64,000 nucleotides of DNA from contig JAQBHB010000051.1 of NCBI GenBank assembly GCA_032128115.1, forward strand, positions 18,629 to 82,628. Reading direction: 5' to 3'. The position numbers and the translations under genes were made by a program. The notes beneath the pieces were generated by a model. The model was given only the letters and a program-made list of their open reading frames with translations. It was not told the DNA's origin and made no database searches. Shown piece by piece: positions 22,493-32,488 of the stretch (position 1 is the stretch's first letter; the number at the start of each line of letters is the position of its first letter). The stretch comes from Deltaproteobacteria bacterium. GTDB taxonomy: Bacteria; Myxococcota_A; UBA9160; SMWR01.

Positions 22493-23605
22493 ATGCACCT
22501 CCTGGTCACGGGCGGAGCCGGGTTCATCGGGTCGTTCACCTGCGATCGGCTGATCGCGGAGGGTCACCGGGTCCGGATCCTGGATAGCCTGGAAAAGCCG
22601 GTGCATACCGGCGATGTGCCCGCATACCTGAACCCGGCGGCCGAGTTCGTGCGCGGCGACGTGACCCGCCCCGAAGACCTGCGCCCGGCCCTCGCCGGGA
22701 TCGACGCCGTGGTGCACCTGGCGGCCTACCAGGACTACCTGCCCGACTTCAGCAAGTTCTTCCGGGTCAACGCGGCCGGCACCGCTCTGATCTACGAGTT
22801 GATCGTGGCCGACGATCTGCCGATCCAGAAGGTGGTGGTGGCGTCCTCCCAGGCGGTGTATGGCGAAGGGCGCCACCGCTGTGCGAACGGACACGGGGTG
22901 CACCCCCCCATCCGCAGCGAGGAGCGCCTGCGCGCCGGGCTCTTCCCGGTGTTGTGCCCCGAATGCGGCGCCGAGACCACCTGGGAACTCACGGACGAGT
23001 CGGTGGTGAACCCGGAGAACCAGTACGCGCTCTCCAAGCACTCCCAGGAGCAGATCGCCATCCGCCTGGGCCGCCGCTACGGCATCCCCACCGTCGGCAT
23101 GCGTTACTCGATCGTGCAGGGTCCACGTCAGTCGCTCTCCAACGCCTACTCCGGGGCCTGTCGCGTGTTCTGCCTCAACCTTCACTTCGGGCGAGATCCC
23201 CTGATCTACGAAGACGGGGAGCAGGTGCGCGATTTCGTCAACATCCACGACGTGGTGGACGCGAATCTGCTCGTGCTCGACGACGAGCGCGCGGATTACG
23301 AGGTGTTCAACGTGGGGGGCGGCCGGCCCTACACGGTGAACGAGTTCGCGGTGATCGTGGGCCGGGCCTTCGGCGTCGAGATCAAGACCCGGCCCAGCGG
23401 TCTGTATCGCTTCGGCGACACGCGGCACATCTGCTCCGACATCGGGCGGCTGCGGGGCCTGGGTTGGGAGCCGCGGCGCACGCCGGTGGAGAGCGTGGCC
23501 GATTACAAGGCCTGGCTGCAGGAGCAGGACGAGATCGAGGATGTATTCGTCCGCGCCCAGCGGACGATGAAGGAGATGGACGTGGTTCGCGCCGTCGAGG
23601 CGTGA
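22493..23605 (+). CDS. NAD-dependent epimerase/dehydratase with Cys-rich insertion
   Basis: TGGAGFIG, ASSQAVYGEG, YALSK, RDFV; CANGH...CPECG insertion. Confidence 0.88.
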   Translation: MHLLVTGGAGFIGSFTCDRLIAEGHRVRILDSLEKPVHTGDVPAYLNPAAEFVRGDVTRPEDLRPALAGIDAVVHLAAYQDYLPDFSKFFRVNAAGTALIYELIVADDLPIQKVVVASSQAVYGEGRHRCANGHGVHPPIRSEERLRAGLFPVLCPECGAETTWELTDESVVNPENQYALSKHSQEQIAIRLGRRYGIPTVGMRYSIVQGPRQSLSNAYSGACRVFCLNLHFGRDPLIYEDGEQVRDFVNIHDVVDANLLVLDDERADYEVFNVGGGRPYTVNEFAVIVGRAFGVEIKTRPSGLYRFGDTRHICSDIGRLRGLGWEPRRTPVESVADYKAWLQEQDEIEDVFVRAQRTMKEMDVVRAVEA

Positions 23606-23632
23606 GGCCCGCCCCGGGTTCGAGGACGCCCC

Positions 23633-24622
23633 ATGATCATCACCCAGACGCCGCTCCGGATCTCGTTCGCGGGTGGGGGTACGGATCTGGCTGCCTATTA
23701 CGAGAAGCGCGAGGGCTATGTGGTGTCGTCGGCGATCGACAAATTCGCCTACGTGATCGTGAAGGAGCGCTTCGACGACAAGATCTACCTGAATACCATG
23801 ACCAAGGAGATCCGAGACGACGTGGACTCGATCGAGCACGAGCTGGTGCGCGAGGCCATGCGCATGACCGGCGTCGATCGGGGAGTGGAAGTCACGCTGC
23901 TCTCGGACATTCCCTCCGAGGGCTCGGGGCTGGGTTCATCCAGCTCGTTTACGGTGGGTCTGTTGAATGCCTTCTACGTCTACCAGGGCGACCAGGTCAC
24001 GGCCGAGCGACTGGCCCGGGAGGCGTGCGAAATCGAGATCGATCGCCTGGGCAAGCCCATCGGCAAGCAAGACCAGTACATCGCCGCCTACGGCGGCCTT
24101 CGCTGGTTCCGCTTCCGCAAGGACGGCGAAGTGGAGCAGGGGCGCCTGGGCAGCGCGCCCGATCGGGTGCGAGAGCTCAGCTCGCGGCTCCACCTGTTCT
24201 TCACGGGTCGCACCCGCAAAGCCGATGCTATTCTCGGCGAACAGAAGAGGCAGACCGGCGATCGGCTGCTGGAATTGGACGGGATCAAGGAGTTGGCGCT
24301 GGAGTTGCACGCGGATCTGGAGTCCGATCGACTCGACCGCCTGGGCGAGGCGCTTCACGCGAACTGGGAGCTCAAGCGCCAGCTGGTGTCGGGCATCAGC
24401 GACCCGGAGATCGACGCCATGTACGAGCAGGCTCGATCCCACGGGGCGACTGGTGGAAAGATCTGCGGCGCCGGGGGCGGGGGCTTCCTGCTCACCTACT
24501 GTCGCCGGGAACGACAGGATGGCCTTCTGGAGGGAATGGACCGCTATCGCCGCATGCCCTTCCGCCTGGAGCGGGACGGCAGCAAGGTGATTTTCAACTA
24601 CAGAAGGGACGTGTGGAAATGA
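23633..24622 (+). CDS. hddA: GHMP kinase, heptose-7-phosphate kinase
   Basis: TPLRISFAGGGTD, GSGLGSSS, GKQDQY, GGKICGAGGGGF. Confidence 0.88.
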   Translation: MIITQTPLRISFAGGGTDLAAYYEKREGYVVSSAIDKFAYVIVKERFDDKIYLNTMTKEIRDDVDSIEHELVREAMRMTGVDRGVEVTLLSDIPSEGSGLGSSSSFTVGLLNAFYVYQGDQVTAERLAREACEIEIDRLGKPIGKQDQYIAAYGGLRWFRFRKDGEVEQGRLGSAPDRVRELSSRLHLFFTGRTRKADAILGEQKRQTGDRLLELDGIKELALELHADLESDRLDRLGEALHANWELKRQLVSGISDPEIDAMYEQARSHGATGGKICGAGGGGFLLTYCRRERQDGLLEGMDRYRRMPFRLERDGSKVIFNYRRDVWK

Positions 24623-25206
24623 AGGGCTATCCCAGCTACGCCTCGGCGGCCGAGTACTTCGACAAGGTGTCCGAACTCCTGCGCGAGATGCCCGAGGCGA
24701 GCGAGGCCTTCATCGAAGCCCTGTGGCAGGGGTTCGAGGCCGACAAGACGATCTTCCTGATCGGAAACGGGGGGAGCGCCGCCAACGCGTCGCACTTTGG
24801 GCAGGATCTGGCCAAGGGCACCCTGTCCTCCATGGACGCCACCCGGCGCTTCCGCGTGATCCCGCTGACCGATAACATCGGATTCATCACGGCCCTGGCC
24901 AACGACGAGGGTTATGACTCGGTCTTCGAACAGCAGCTGCGCAATCTCGCCCGCGCAGGCGATCTGCTGGTAGCCATAAGCGGTTCCGGCAACTCGCCCA
25001 ATGTGATCCGCGCGGTAGAGTACGCGCGCTCGCTCGACATGACGGTCATCGGCGTCACCGGCTTCGACGGAGGCGTGCTCAAGACCCTGTCCGACGTGAG
25101 CGTGCACGTCCCCGTCGACGACATGGGGATGACCGAGGCCCTCCACGCGGTGGTGTTCCATCTGGCCATGGGCCAGCTCCGGACGCGGCTCGCGGGGGCG
25201 CAATAG
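24619..25206 (+). CDS. gmhA: Phosphoheptose isomerase (SIS domain)
   Basis: GNGGSAANASH, TALAND, ISGSGNSPNV, TGFDGG; ATGA coupling. Confidence 0.87.
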   Translation: MKGYPSYASAAEYFDKVSELLREMPEASEAFIEALWQGFEADKTIFLIGNGGSAANASHFGQDLAKGTLSSMDATRRFRVIPLTDNIGFITALANDEGYDSVFEQQLRNLARAGDLLVAISGSGNSPNVIRAVEYARSLDMTVIGVTGFDGGVLKTLSDVSVHVPVDDMGMTEALHAVVFHLAMGQLRTRLAGAQ

Positions 25207-25219
25207 CCCGGTCGCGCCC

Positions 25220-26338
25220 ATGGGAAGCAGCGGCTCCCAGCCTCGGTATCCGGGCCCCCTGGTCACGCCCGATCCCCGCGAGTACGGGCGGCGGCTGCGC
25301 TCCGGGCTGTCGCGTCTGCGCCGGGAGGGTCCGACCTCCGCCCTGCGCCACGGGTACGGTCGCCTGCGCCAGGCGTACCAGCACCTGAAATACGACATCA
25401 ATCCGCGCCGGCTGACTCGCAGCCTCGACTCGGTTCCCATCGATCGCCCCCTGTTCCTGCTGGGCGTTCCAGGGGGTGGCGGCACGATCCTGGCCCGAAC
25501 CTTCTACCGCCATCCGCAGGGGGTGTACGCCAGCGGCAACTCGTCGTGGTGGGCCGGACAGGACGAGATCCAGAAGTGCCGGCACATCGCCGATCTGCCC
25601 GAACCCCTGGTGCTGCGCAGCGCCCATTTCTTCAATCTCACCCCCGATGTGGAGAACCATCCGGTCTACGGCTATCAGCGCTCGCCCCTGTACGCGATCG
25701 ACGAGTTCCTGCCCCGCTATCGGCGGGGCGCCGAGGACGCCGACCCGGAGACGGCGGCGGCCTTGCGGCGCGTGCTGCGGAAGCTGGTGCTCGCCTACGC
25801 CCACGACCCGGACCGCGCGCGATTCGTGGACATGAGCCACCTCTACACCATCCAGGTTCCGTATCTGGCGGCGCTCCTGGATGGTTGCGACCCGCGCTTC
25901 GTGCTGCTGACGAGGAATCCCTATGTGCTGTGCGAACGCGCCGTGCAGAAGGACATGGATGCCATGGGAGGGGCCGGCGGTCTGACCCGGGAACACAAGA
26001 TCCGCTGCGCCGTGGAAGCCACAGACAATTCCTACCGGCTGGCCCTGGCGGCCCGCGAACACGTGGGCATGCTGATCCAGCGGTACGAAGATTTCGTGGA
26101 CGACCCGGAACCGGTGATCCGGCGCATCTGCGACTTCGCCGACCTGCCGTTCCACCCGGCGCAGGTTCCCGGTCCGGAACAGCACTTTCCCGCCGGCTCG
26201 AATTCCACGGGAAAGTGGTTTCCCATCGAGGCAGGTGCGAACGAACGCTACCTGGCCCAGATCCAGCCGGATCTGGTGGAAGCCCTGAACTGCCGCAGCG
26301 CCGACCTGATCGAGCAGCTGGGATACCCGCTGCGCTGA
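25220..26338 (+). CDS. Sulfotransferase-like protein with degenerate PAPS loop
   Basis: PLFLLGVPGGGGT, LTRNPY, RYEDFVDDPE. Confidence 0.7.
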   Translation: MGSSGSQPRYPGPLVTPDPREYGRRLRSGLSRLRREGPTSALRHGYGRLRQAYQHLKYDINPRRLTRSLDSVPIDRPLFLLGVPGGGGTILARTFYRHPQGVYASGNSSWWAGQDEIQKCRHIADLPEPLVLRSAHFFNLTPDVENHPVYGYQRSPLYAIDEFLPRYRRGAEDADPETAAALRRVLRKLVLAYAHDPDRARFVDMSHLYTIQVPYLAALLDGCDPRFVLLTRNPYVLCERAVQKDMDAMGGAGGLTREHKIRCAVEATDNSYRLALAAREHVGMLIQRYEDFVDDPEPVIRRICDFADLPFHPAQVPGPEQHFPAGSNSTGKWFPIEAGANERYLAQIQPDLVEALNCRSADLIEQLGYPLR

Positions 26339-26348
26339 GGCCCGATCG

Positions 26349-27284
26349 CTACTGCTTGCGCGCGACCGTTACCAGCACCCGCGACCAGGCCATGGGCAGG
26401 GCACGCCCCAGGGTCTCGTCGAAGCTGCGCACGAAGCCGTTGTAGAGGTGGGCCCAGGGTTTCACCTTCAGTCGGTCGCCGATCCGGGCGAGCGTGTCAA
26501 GCCAGCCGCCCCAGTGGCGGACCTTGTCGTACATGAAGGGCGAGATCAGGATCTTCTCGTGGCCGCGTTGCTCTACCAGCTGGTAGCCGCAGGCCTCGAA
26601 GATGGCCCGGTTCTCGTCGGGGGTCTGCCAGCCCAGGTGGCCCTCGCGGTCGATCAGGATCTCCCGGTAGAGATCCGCGTCGAGCTTCTTCATGCGCCGA
26701 TACAGGGGGTTCTCGCTCTCCACGTCGTACAGGAAGATCAACTTGCCCCCCGGCCGCAGCACGCGACTGCACTCGGCAAGCACCGCCGGCTTCTCCTGCG
26801 GTGGAATGTGCTCCCACACGTACGAACTCAGCACCGCGTCTACCGAGTCGTCTGGCAACGGGATCCCCACGGTGGCATCGGCCTGGAGGCATGCCCGGTA
26901 CAGGGGCGCCACCCGGGCCAGGGAGGCGAGCGAGAGGTCGAGGCCGATCACCTGGAAGCGGTGCGCGAAGTAGGCGAAGCCGCTGGCGCAGCCCATCTCG
27001 AGCACCGTGCCGCCGGCGGCAATGTGCTTGCGCGCCGCCCACACATAGCCGCTGTTGATGAGCCACAGGGGCCAGGCGAACAGCCACCCCTCGCTGCGGG
27101 GAAGGAAGCGCACCGTGTTCAGGTAGCGGCCCTCGTAGAAGCGGTCGGCCTCCTCCAGGAAGCGAACGACCCCGTCTTCCACCGGGTAGCTCTCGCCGCA
27201 GGTGGGGCACGACCAGCGCGCGTCGGCCTCCGAACCGGCGAGGCGCGCGTGGTCTGCGGGGCAGGCGAGTTCGACACGGCTCAC
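26349..27284 (-). CDS. SAM methyltransferase with Trm112-like zinc-ribbon N-terminus
   Basis: LACPAD...CPTCGESYPVEDGV, EMGCASG, RVLRPGG. Confidence 0.8.
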   Translation of the reverse strand: MSRVELACPADHARLAGSEADARWSCPTCGESYPVEDGVVRFLEEADRFYEGRYLNTVRFLPRSEGWLFAWPLWLINSGYVWAARKHIAAGGTVLEMGCASGFAYFAHRFQVIGLDLSLASLARVAPLYRACLQADATVGIPLPDDSVDAVLSSYVWEHIPPQEKPAVLAECSRVLRPGGKLIFLYDVESENPLYRRMKKLDADLYREILIDREGHLGWQTPDENRAIFEACGYQLVEQRGHEKILISPFMYDKVRHWGGWLDTLARIGDRLKVKPWAHLYNGFVRSFDETLGRALPMAWSRVLVTVARKQ

Positions 27285-27288
27285 CGGG

Positions 27289-28393
27289 TCACGCCGCGTG
27301 CTCCGAGCCCCGGGCATGGATCCGGCGCACGCGCTCGCGCTGGACCTTCACGCACTCATCGAGTGCCGGAAGCACGTCGCGCACCCGGTCGGTCTCGAAG
27401 TAACCCGAGTCCAGGCAGCGTCGACGTCCCGCCTGGGCGATGCGCTGGCGCTCTTCCGGGGCGGTCGAGGTAGTGCCGGCACTTCTCGCGAAGCTCCTCG
27501 GCGGAGTCGAAGAACTCCGCCTCCACCCCCTCCCGGAAGTAGCGGGACATCACTGGGTTGCGCTGGTGAAGCAGGAAACCGCCCAGGGCGGGAATCTGGA
27601 AGCTGCGCGACGCCGTGTGATTCCGGTTCCAGCTGGAAACGATGCCCACGTTCACGTCGAAGCTCTGGATCCCAGCCGCGTATTCCTCGCCGTAAATGCC
27701 CCGGTGTTGCACGGCGCCCGCCAGATCGTCTCCGGACGCGGCACGCTCCCAGCCGGGTCCGAAGATGCGGGTGGATACGCCCGACCGCACCAACGCCAGC
27801 AACAGCTTCTCGGTCTCGGGCTCCCAATGGCCCACGAAGCCGGCCTGGGCGGAGAGTCGGCTCCGCATCTCGTCGGGGATCGGATCCGGAGGCACGAGCG
27901 CCGCGTTGGCAGCGAGTTCCATGTGGAGCACCCGGGTGAAACCCTGAGCGCGAAACTCGTCCACGTTGTGGAGATTCGAGGTGATGTGCACGTCGTAGAG
28001 GGGCAGGGATCGGATCAGGAAGCGCCAGAAGAAGCGCTTGAAGCGCGGTTCGGCCTTCCAGTCGTCGGTGTTGTGGTAGACCAGGGTGACGGGCTCGCCG
28101 TGCCGCAGGGTTCGCATCGTGCTCGGGAATACGAAGGTTCCCTTTTCGATCCAGATGACATCGGGCCGGAAGCGTCGCGCCGTGGTTACGATCTTGTGGT
28201 TGAGGGCGTAGACGCCCGGCGTTCGCAGGGTCAGCACGCGGATCCGGTCGGCCATCCGGTTGCCGGAGCGCAGCAGGTGGCGGGTATTCACCGTTTCGAC
28301 GTGATGCCCCAGAGAAAGGAATGCGTCTCGACGGGCTGCGGTGGTGAGGAAGGGGGTGACCTCTCCAATGAAGAGGATGCGAATCGGTTCCAA
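27289..28393 (-). pseudogene. CgeB-like glycosyltransferase with a 1-nt frameshift near its 3' end (real lesion or sequencing error)
   Basis: FVGHWEP, RSFQIPALGGF, YFREG; removing one base from the G4 run at 27458-27461 restores YLDRPEERQRIAQAGRRR, ending at 27289. Confidence 0.75.
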
Positions 28394-28438
28394 TCGATGC
28401 CTCTGTCGATCCTTCTGCTCGGGCGGAAGCGAAGTATA

Positions 28439-31186
28439 TCACTCCGGTTCCGGCCGGGAGCCCGCAGGGTCGAACGGGCCCTGTTCCAGCGACACGGGGC
28501 CCGGCCAACGCAGCGAGAGGAGTCCGGCCTCGACACGGGTGGCGTCGCGAACGAGCAGGTATTCCCGAGATCCCTCGCGAACGCGGAGCAACAACGAGCG
28601 AGCGTCCGTGGACAGCTCGGGAGTCTCGATGGCGTCCCCCTCCGGATTGTCCACCAGGAACCAGGTCTCGTCTCCCATCTCGACACGAAGCGCCACACTG
28701 TGTGCCCCGGCGGCAAGCACCCGCACGCCGTCGGCGGCCTGCTCGGGTGACCGGTCCGGCCCGAATGGTCGCACCAGGGTGTCGAACCAGCGCTCGTCAC
28801 CGGGGTGCGCCGCGCCCGTCCACTTCTGGTAGACCACGAAGGGCGGAGACGAACGGCACTCGGGCGAAACGACATCCTCCGGCGACGGATTCGGACATCC
28901 CTCGGGAGGCAGGTAGATCGGCGCTTCGAAGGCGGTTACGTCCGCGTCGGGTCGGGGCACGAAGTAGAGCAGGGCATAGCGCTCCGGGTTGCGGTACTTC
29001 CAGACGTTCCCCGTGGGTTCGCGATCGTACGCGACGTACCAGTGGTCGCCGTGGCGCGGGTGGAGGTCGGCGGCGTGCCACACGGGCCCCACGGCCGCCT
29101 GGATGTCGTCCGGGAACGTGAAGCGATCGCGAACCCAGAGGAAGCGGTTCTTCACGAACAGGAAGCGCCGCTCGACTCCCACGTTCCAGCCGTGCGGATC
29201 ACGCCAGCGGAGCCACGCCACGCTGGCATTGTGGTGATCCTCGAATCGGTCGACCTCGGCCTCGTTCACCACGCCGCCGTAGCTGCCGCCCCAGTAGCGG
29301 CGCACCAGCGGAGCCGATTCATCCTGGGCCGCACGCACCCCGTGAGGATGCGGGTAGGGCGTCGCATCCAACAGCAGTGAGCCCCTGTCCGTGAGGGAGG
29401 CCAGCGCGCCCAGCTCCACGTGCCCGTGGCCGTAGCCTCCAAGCAGGTTGAAGACAGCGTGCAGGTCGCTCGCTTCGAAGCCGCTGCGAAATACCAGCTT
29501 GTCCCCCACCCGATCGTCGCCGAAGTCGTAGTACTGCCGCGGCGATCCCCATTGGCTGGGGAGTCGCGCCCGGGCTCGCAACCGGGTGGTCACGTGGGAG
29601 CCGGCGTCGGTGGGCGGGGCGCCCGCGGGCTCGTCGCGGGCGTCCAGGTAGGCCCGGGCCAGGGAGAGCATCTTGCGGTTCAGGCTGTCGCGTCGGGGCG
29701 GGTCGTCTCGGGTGTGGCTGCGCTTGTAGTCGAATACGCGGCGGGCCAGCCAGCGGTATCGGGGCTCCCCGGTCGCCACGGCCGCGCGCTCGTAGAGCCA
29801 GATCAGGGGCGCGAGCTCGTGGGCCCAACCGGCGCCGTCGCCGTAGTGAGGGTCCACGCCGAGCGGCGCCGTGTGCTGGAAGAAGCGATCCACCAGGGCG
29901 CGAAAGCCCGCGTCCTGCCAGATGGTGTCGGCGCGCCCCGAAACTTCCGCATAACCCAACACCTCGGGCCACCACACGTTGTCGTTGTAGGAGCCCGAGT
30001 CTTCCCAGGTGTCGTGGTGGCGCCAGAACTCGTTCCAGACCTGCTCGCCGTAGACGCGCCACGCCTCGGCCTCCGGGAGGTCCGGGAAGAGAGCCGCCAC
30101 CGTGGCCAGGCCGTTGGCGCTCACCAGGGCGCGGTTGAAGCTCCCCAGCTCGCGCTTCTCCCATAGCTGCGCCGCGCCGTCGGCGAGCAGGGCGCGCACG
30201 GCAGTTTCGTCGCCGTCGCGCAGCGAGGGCGATTCGCTCAGCCAGCGCCAGGCGATCCCGGTGCGCTGGGGCCAGGGCCAGGGCTTTCGCTTCTCGGAGT
30301 CGCAGGGCGTGGGATCGGACTCGTCCAGATCCCCGCAGAAGCGCCAGGCGTGGGCGCGCCGCAGGATCGCGAGCGCGGTGCGCGCGTGGGACTCGTCGCA
30401 AATCGCTTCGAGACACGAGACCCGGTAGAGAAACGCCGGAAGCTCCGCCACGAGTTGGCACTGCTCGCTGCAGGCCAGCGCGCTCGGAAGCAGACGCTCG
30501 GCGTAGGCTTTCACGCGCTCGAAGTAGTCGCTGCGGCTCACCGGTGCCGGCGCCAACGGCTCGCTCCAGGGTAGCTCCGGATCCGAAGCGGAGAAGGCCG
30601 GCACACGCGGCTCGCCCCGGGGCGGGCCGAAGCTGCGGAACCACAGGTCCTTGCTCCGGGTCGGCTGGAAGGCGCCGTTGTAGCGCGCTTCGCCGTCGGG
30701 ATAGCGGTCGCTCCCGTCGTGATTTCCCTTGAGCGAGTAGGGTCCCCGTTGGGGTGCGCTGAACTCGACGAAGTAGACGGTGCCGGACTCCACGTCCATG
30801 CGCGGGAAGATGCTGCGGATTTGCCAGCCCGTGCGGCCGGACAGCTCCACCGTGTCGCTGAAGATCGGTTCACTGGCCACGGTGTCGGCGTACGAGCCGC
30901 GCCACTTCCAGAGATCTACGCGGCCCGGTCGCGTGTCGTTGTTGTTCTTGACCTTGAAGTCGAGGCGCGACAGGTGGCCCGCTCGGGGCACGAAGGTCTG
31001 GCCCACGCCCCGGTTCGGGCGGGGCTGCACGTTGAAGTTTCCGACCTGATCCACTTCCTGCTTCTGGTCGACGACTTCGGCGCCGCCGAAGGGGCTGGGC
31101 CACAGCAACCACTCCTGGGCACGGGCTGCACGCGGGGAGGCCGCCGACAGGAACAGCAGGGCGAAGAGGGCGAGCGTGCGGAGCAC
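28439..31186 (-). CDS. Large secreted protein, heparinase/polysaccharide-lyase-like
   Basis: Signal peptide MLRTLALFALLFLSAASPRAARA; helical core; GHGH and RRFLFVKNRFLWVRD recall lyase C-terminal sandwich. Confidence 0.6.
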   Translation of the reverse strand: MLRTLALFALLFLSAASPRAARAQEWLLWPSPFGGAEVVDQKQEVDQVGNFNVQPRPNRGVGQTFVPRAGHLSRLDFKVKNNNDTRPGRVDLWKWRGSYADTVASEPIFSDTVELSGRTGWQIRSIFPRMDVESGTVYFVEFSAPQRGPYSLKGNHDGSDRYPDGEARYNGAFQPTRSKDLWFRSFGPPRGEPRVPAFSASDPELPWSEPLAPAPVSRSDYFERVKAYAERLLPSALACSEQCQLVAELPAFLYRVSCLEAICDESHARTALAILRRAHAWRFCGDLDESDPTPCDSEKRKPWPWPQRTGIAWRWLSESPSLRDGDETAVRALLADGAAQLWEKRELGSFNRALVSANGLATVAALFPDLPEAEAWRVYGEQVWNEFWRHHDTWEDSGSYNDNVWWPEVLGYAEVSGRADTIWQDAGFRALVDRFFQHTAPLGVDPHYGDGAGWAHELAPLIWLYERAAVATGEPRYRWLARRVFDYKRSHTRDDPPRRDSLNRKMLSLARAYLDARDEPAGAPPTDAGSHVTTRLRARARLPSQWGSPRQYYDFGDDRVGDKLVFRSGFEASDLHAVFNLLGGYGHGHVELGALASLTDRGSLLLDATPYPHPHGVRAAQDESAPLVRRYWGGSYGGVVNEAEVDRFEDHHNASVAWLRWRDPHGWNVGVERRFLFVKNRFLWVRDRFTFPDDIQAAVGPVWHAADLHPRHGDHWYVAYDREPTGNVWKYRNPERYALLYFVPRPDADVTAFEAPIYLPPEGCPNPSPEDVVSPECRSSPPFVVYQKWTGAAHPGDERWFDTLVRPFGPDRSPEQAADGVRVLAAGAHSVALRVEMGDETWFLVDNPEGDAIETPELSTDARSLLLRVREGSREYLLVRDATRVEAGLLSLRWPGPVSLEQGPFDPAGSRPEPE

Positions 31187-31194
31187 GACGGGGC

Positions 31195-32352
31195 TCAGCC
31201 GAAACCCAGGGCGGCCAGGAAGTCGGCGCGGAAGCGCGGGTAGCTGAAGACCTGGCGTGCACGCCGGGCGCCGGCCTCGCCCAGGGCCCGGCAGCGCCCC
31301 GGGTCGGCCAACAGCCCGGCCACGGCGGCTCCGATGGCGGCCACGTCGGCGTAGGGCACCAGCACCCCCGTCTCTCCGTCGCGGATCACCTGGCCCGCGG
31401 CGTCAGCCGTGGAGCCCAGGCATGCGAGCCCGTGCCACATGGCCTCGGCGTAGACCAATCCGAAGCCCTCCTGGCGGCTCGGCATGGCGAACAGGGACGC
31501 GCGTTGGTAGAGGTCCCGGAGTTCGTCGTCGGTAACCCGACCCAGGAAGCGCACTGCGTCGCCCACGCCCAGGTCGCGCGCGCGCGCTTGGATGCGGGGT
31601 ACGTCTTCACCACCCCCCACGACCCACAGCTCGGCCGCGGGCAGCTGGCGTCTCACGCCGGGCCAGGCTTCGATCAGATGGTCGTGTCCCTTGCCCCGCT
31701 CCTCTGGCGACATGCGGCCCACGATCAGGACGGCGGGCTCGCGCGGCGGGCTCGAAGCGGGTGCGGCCTCCCAGGTGGCGACGCGATCCGGGTCGATGCA
31801 CAGGGGAACCACGCGGATGCGCTCGCCCGTTTCGGGGAGCAGCTCGCGAAGGCCCGCGGCGGTGAACTCGGAATTCACCAACACGCACTCGGCGGACCCC
31901 AGGGCCTTCGCCCGGGCGCCTGCGCCGGCGGCCCCCAATTCGATCCCGTGGACGAAGATCGCGTGTCGCGGCGGCGGAAATGGCGGAATCGGAAGCATGA
32001 TCGAACGGGCCAGTCCCACCAGGTCGAATAACACCATATCGTGTCGTTCTCGGCGATACAGGCGCCAGGTTTCCCAGACGAAGCGGGCCTGACTGCCCCG
32101 CGCCAGGCGCTGCTCGCCCCGCCGGGGGGGCGCCGCGGCGTCGCTCGGGTCGTCCAGCCTCGGGTCGTCCAGCTTCGGGTCGTCGAGCCTCGGGTCGTCG
32201 AGAAGCAGGACGCGATCGGTGCGGGCGATCCGACCCTCGCCCACCAGCTCGTCCAGGGCGCGAGCCATGCAGCGGCTCACGCAGGCGATGCCGCCGTCGA
32301 TGTGCAGTCCGGTCAAGCACAGCAGTACGGAATTCGGTGCCCCCGGACCCAT
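31195..32352 (-). CDS. GT4 glycosyltransferase
   Basis: KGHDHLIEA, FLGRV, EGFGLVYAEAM. Confidence 0.88.
   Translation of the reverse strand: MGPGAPNSVLLCLTGLHIDGGIACVSRCMARALDELVGEGRIARTDRVLLLDDPRLDDPKLDDPRLDDPSDAAAPPRRGEQRLARGSQARFVWETWRLYRRERHDMVLFDLVGLARSIMLPIPPFPPPRHAIFVHGIELGAAGAGARAKALGSAECVLVNSEFTAAGLRELLPETGERIRVVPLCIDPDRVATWEAAPASSPPREPAVLIVGRMSPEERGKGHDHLIEAWPGVRRQLPAAELWVVGGGEDVPRIQARARDLGVGDAVRFLGRVTDDELRDLYQRASLFAMPSRQEGFGLVYAEAMWHGLACLGSTADAAGQVIRDGETGVLVPYADVAAIGAAVAGLLADPGRCRALGEAGARRARQVFSYPRFRADFLAALGFG
32145..32202. repeat. 15-bp tandem repeat x4 inside a GT gene (LDDPR/LDDPK units)
   Basis: TCGGGTCGTC(C/G)AG units at 32145, 32160, 32175, 32190. Confidence 0.9.
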
Positions 32353-32399
32353 CCAGGACGAGTATGCCAGCAAGCAGGCCGACTCGCCCGAGTCGGCCT

Positions 32400-32428
32400 G
32401 CGCGCAGCGAGCCGGAGCTGAGCGAAGC
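32400..32428 (+). repeat. 29-bp dispersed REP-like repeat, copy 2 (plus partial copy 32446-32457)
   Basis: GCGCGCAGCGAGCCGGAGCTGAGCGAAGC; divergent intergenic gap. Confidence 0.7.
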
Positions 32429-32488
32429 CCAGATTGCGGGGCTGTGGCGAGCGAAGTTCGCGCGGCAATCGGGCTACAATCCGTCGCC

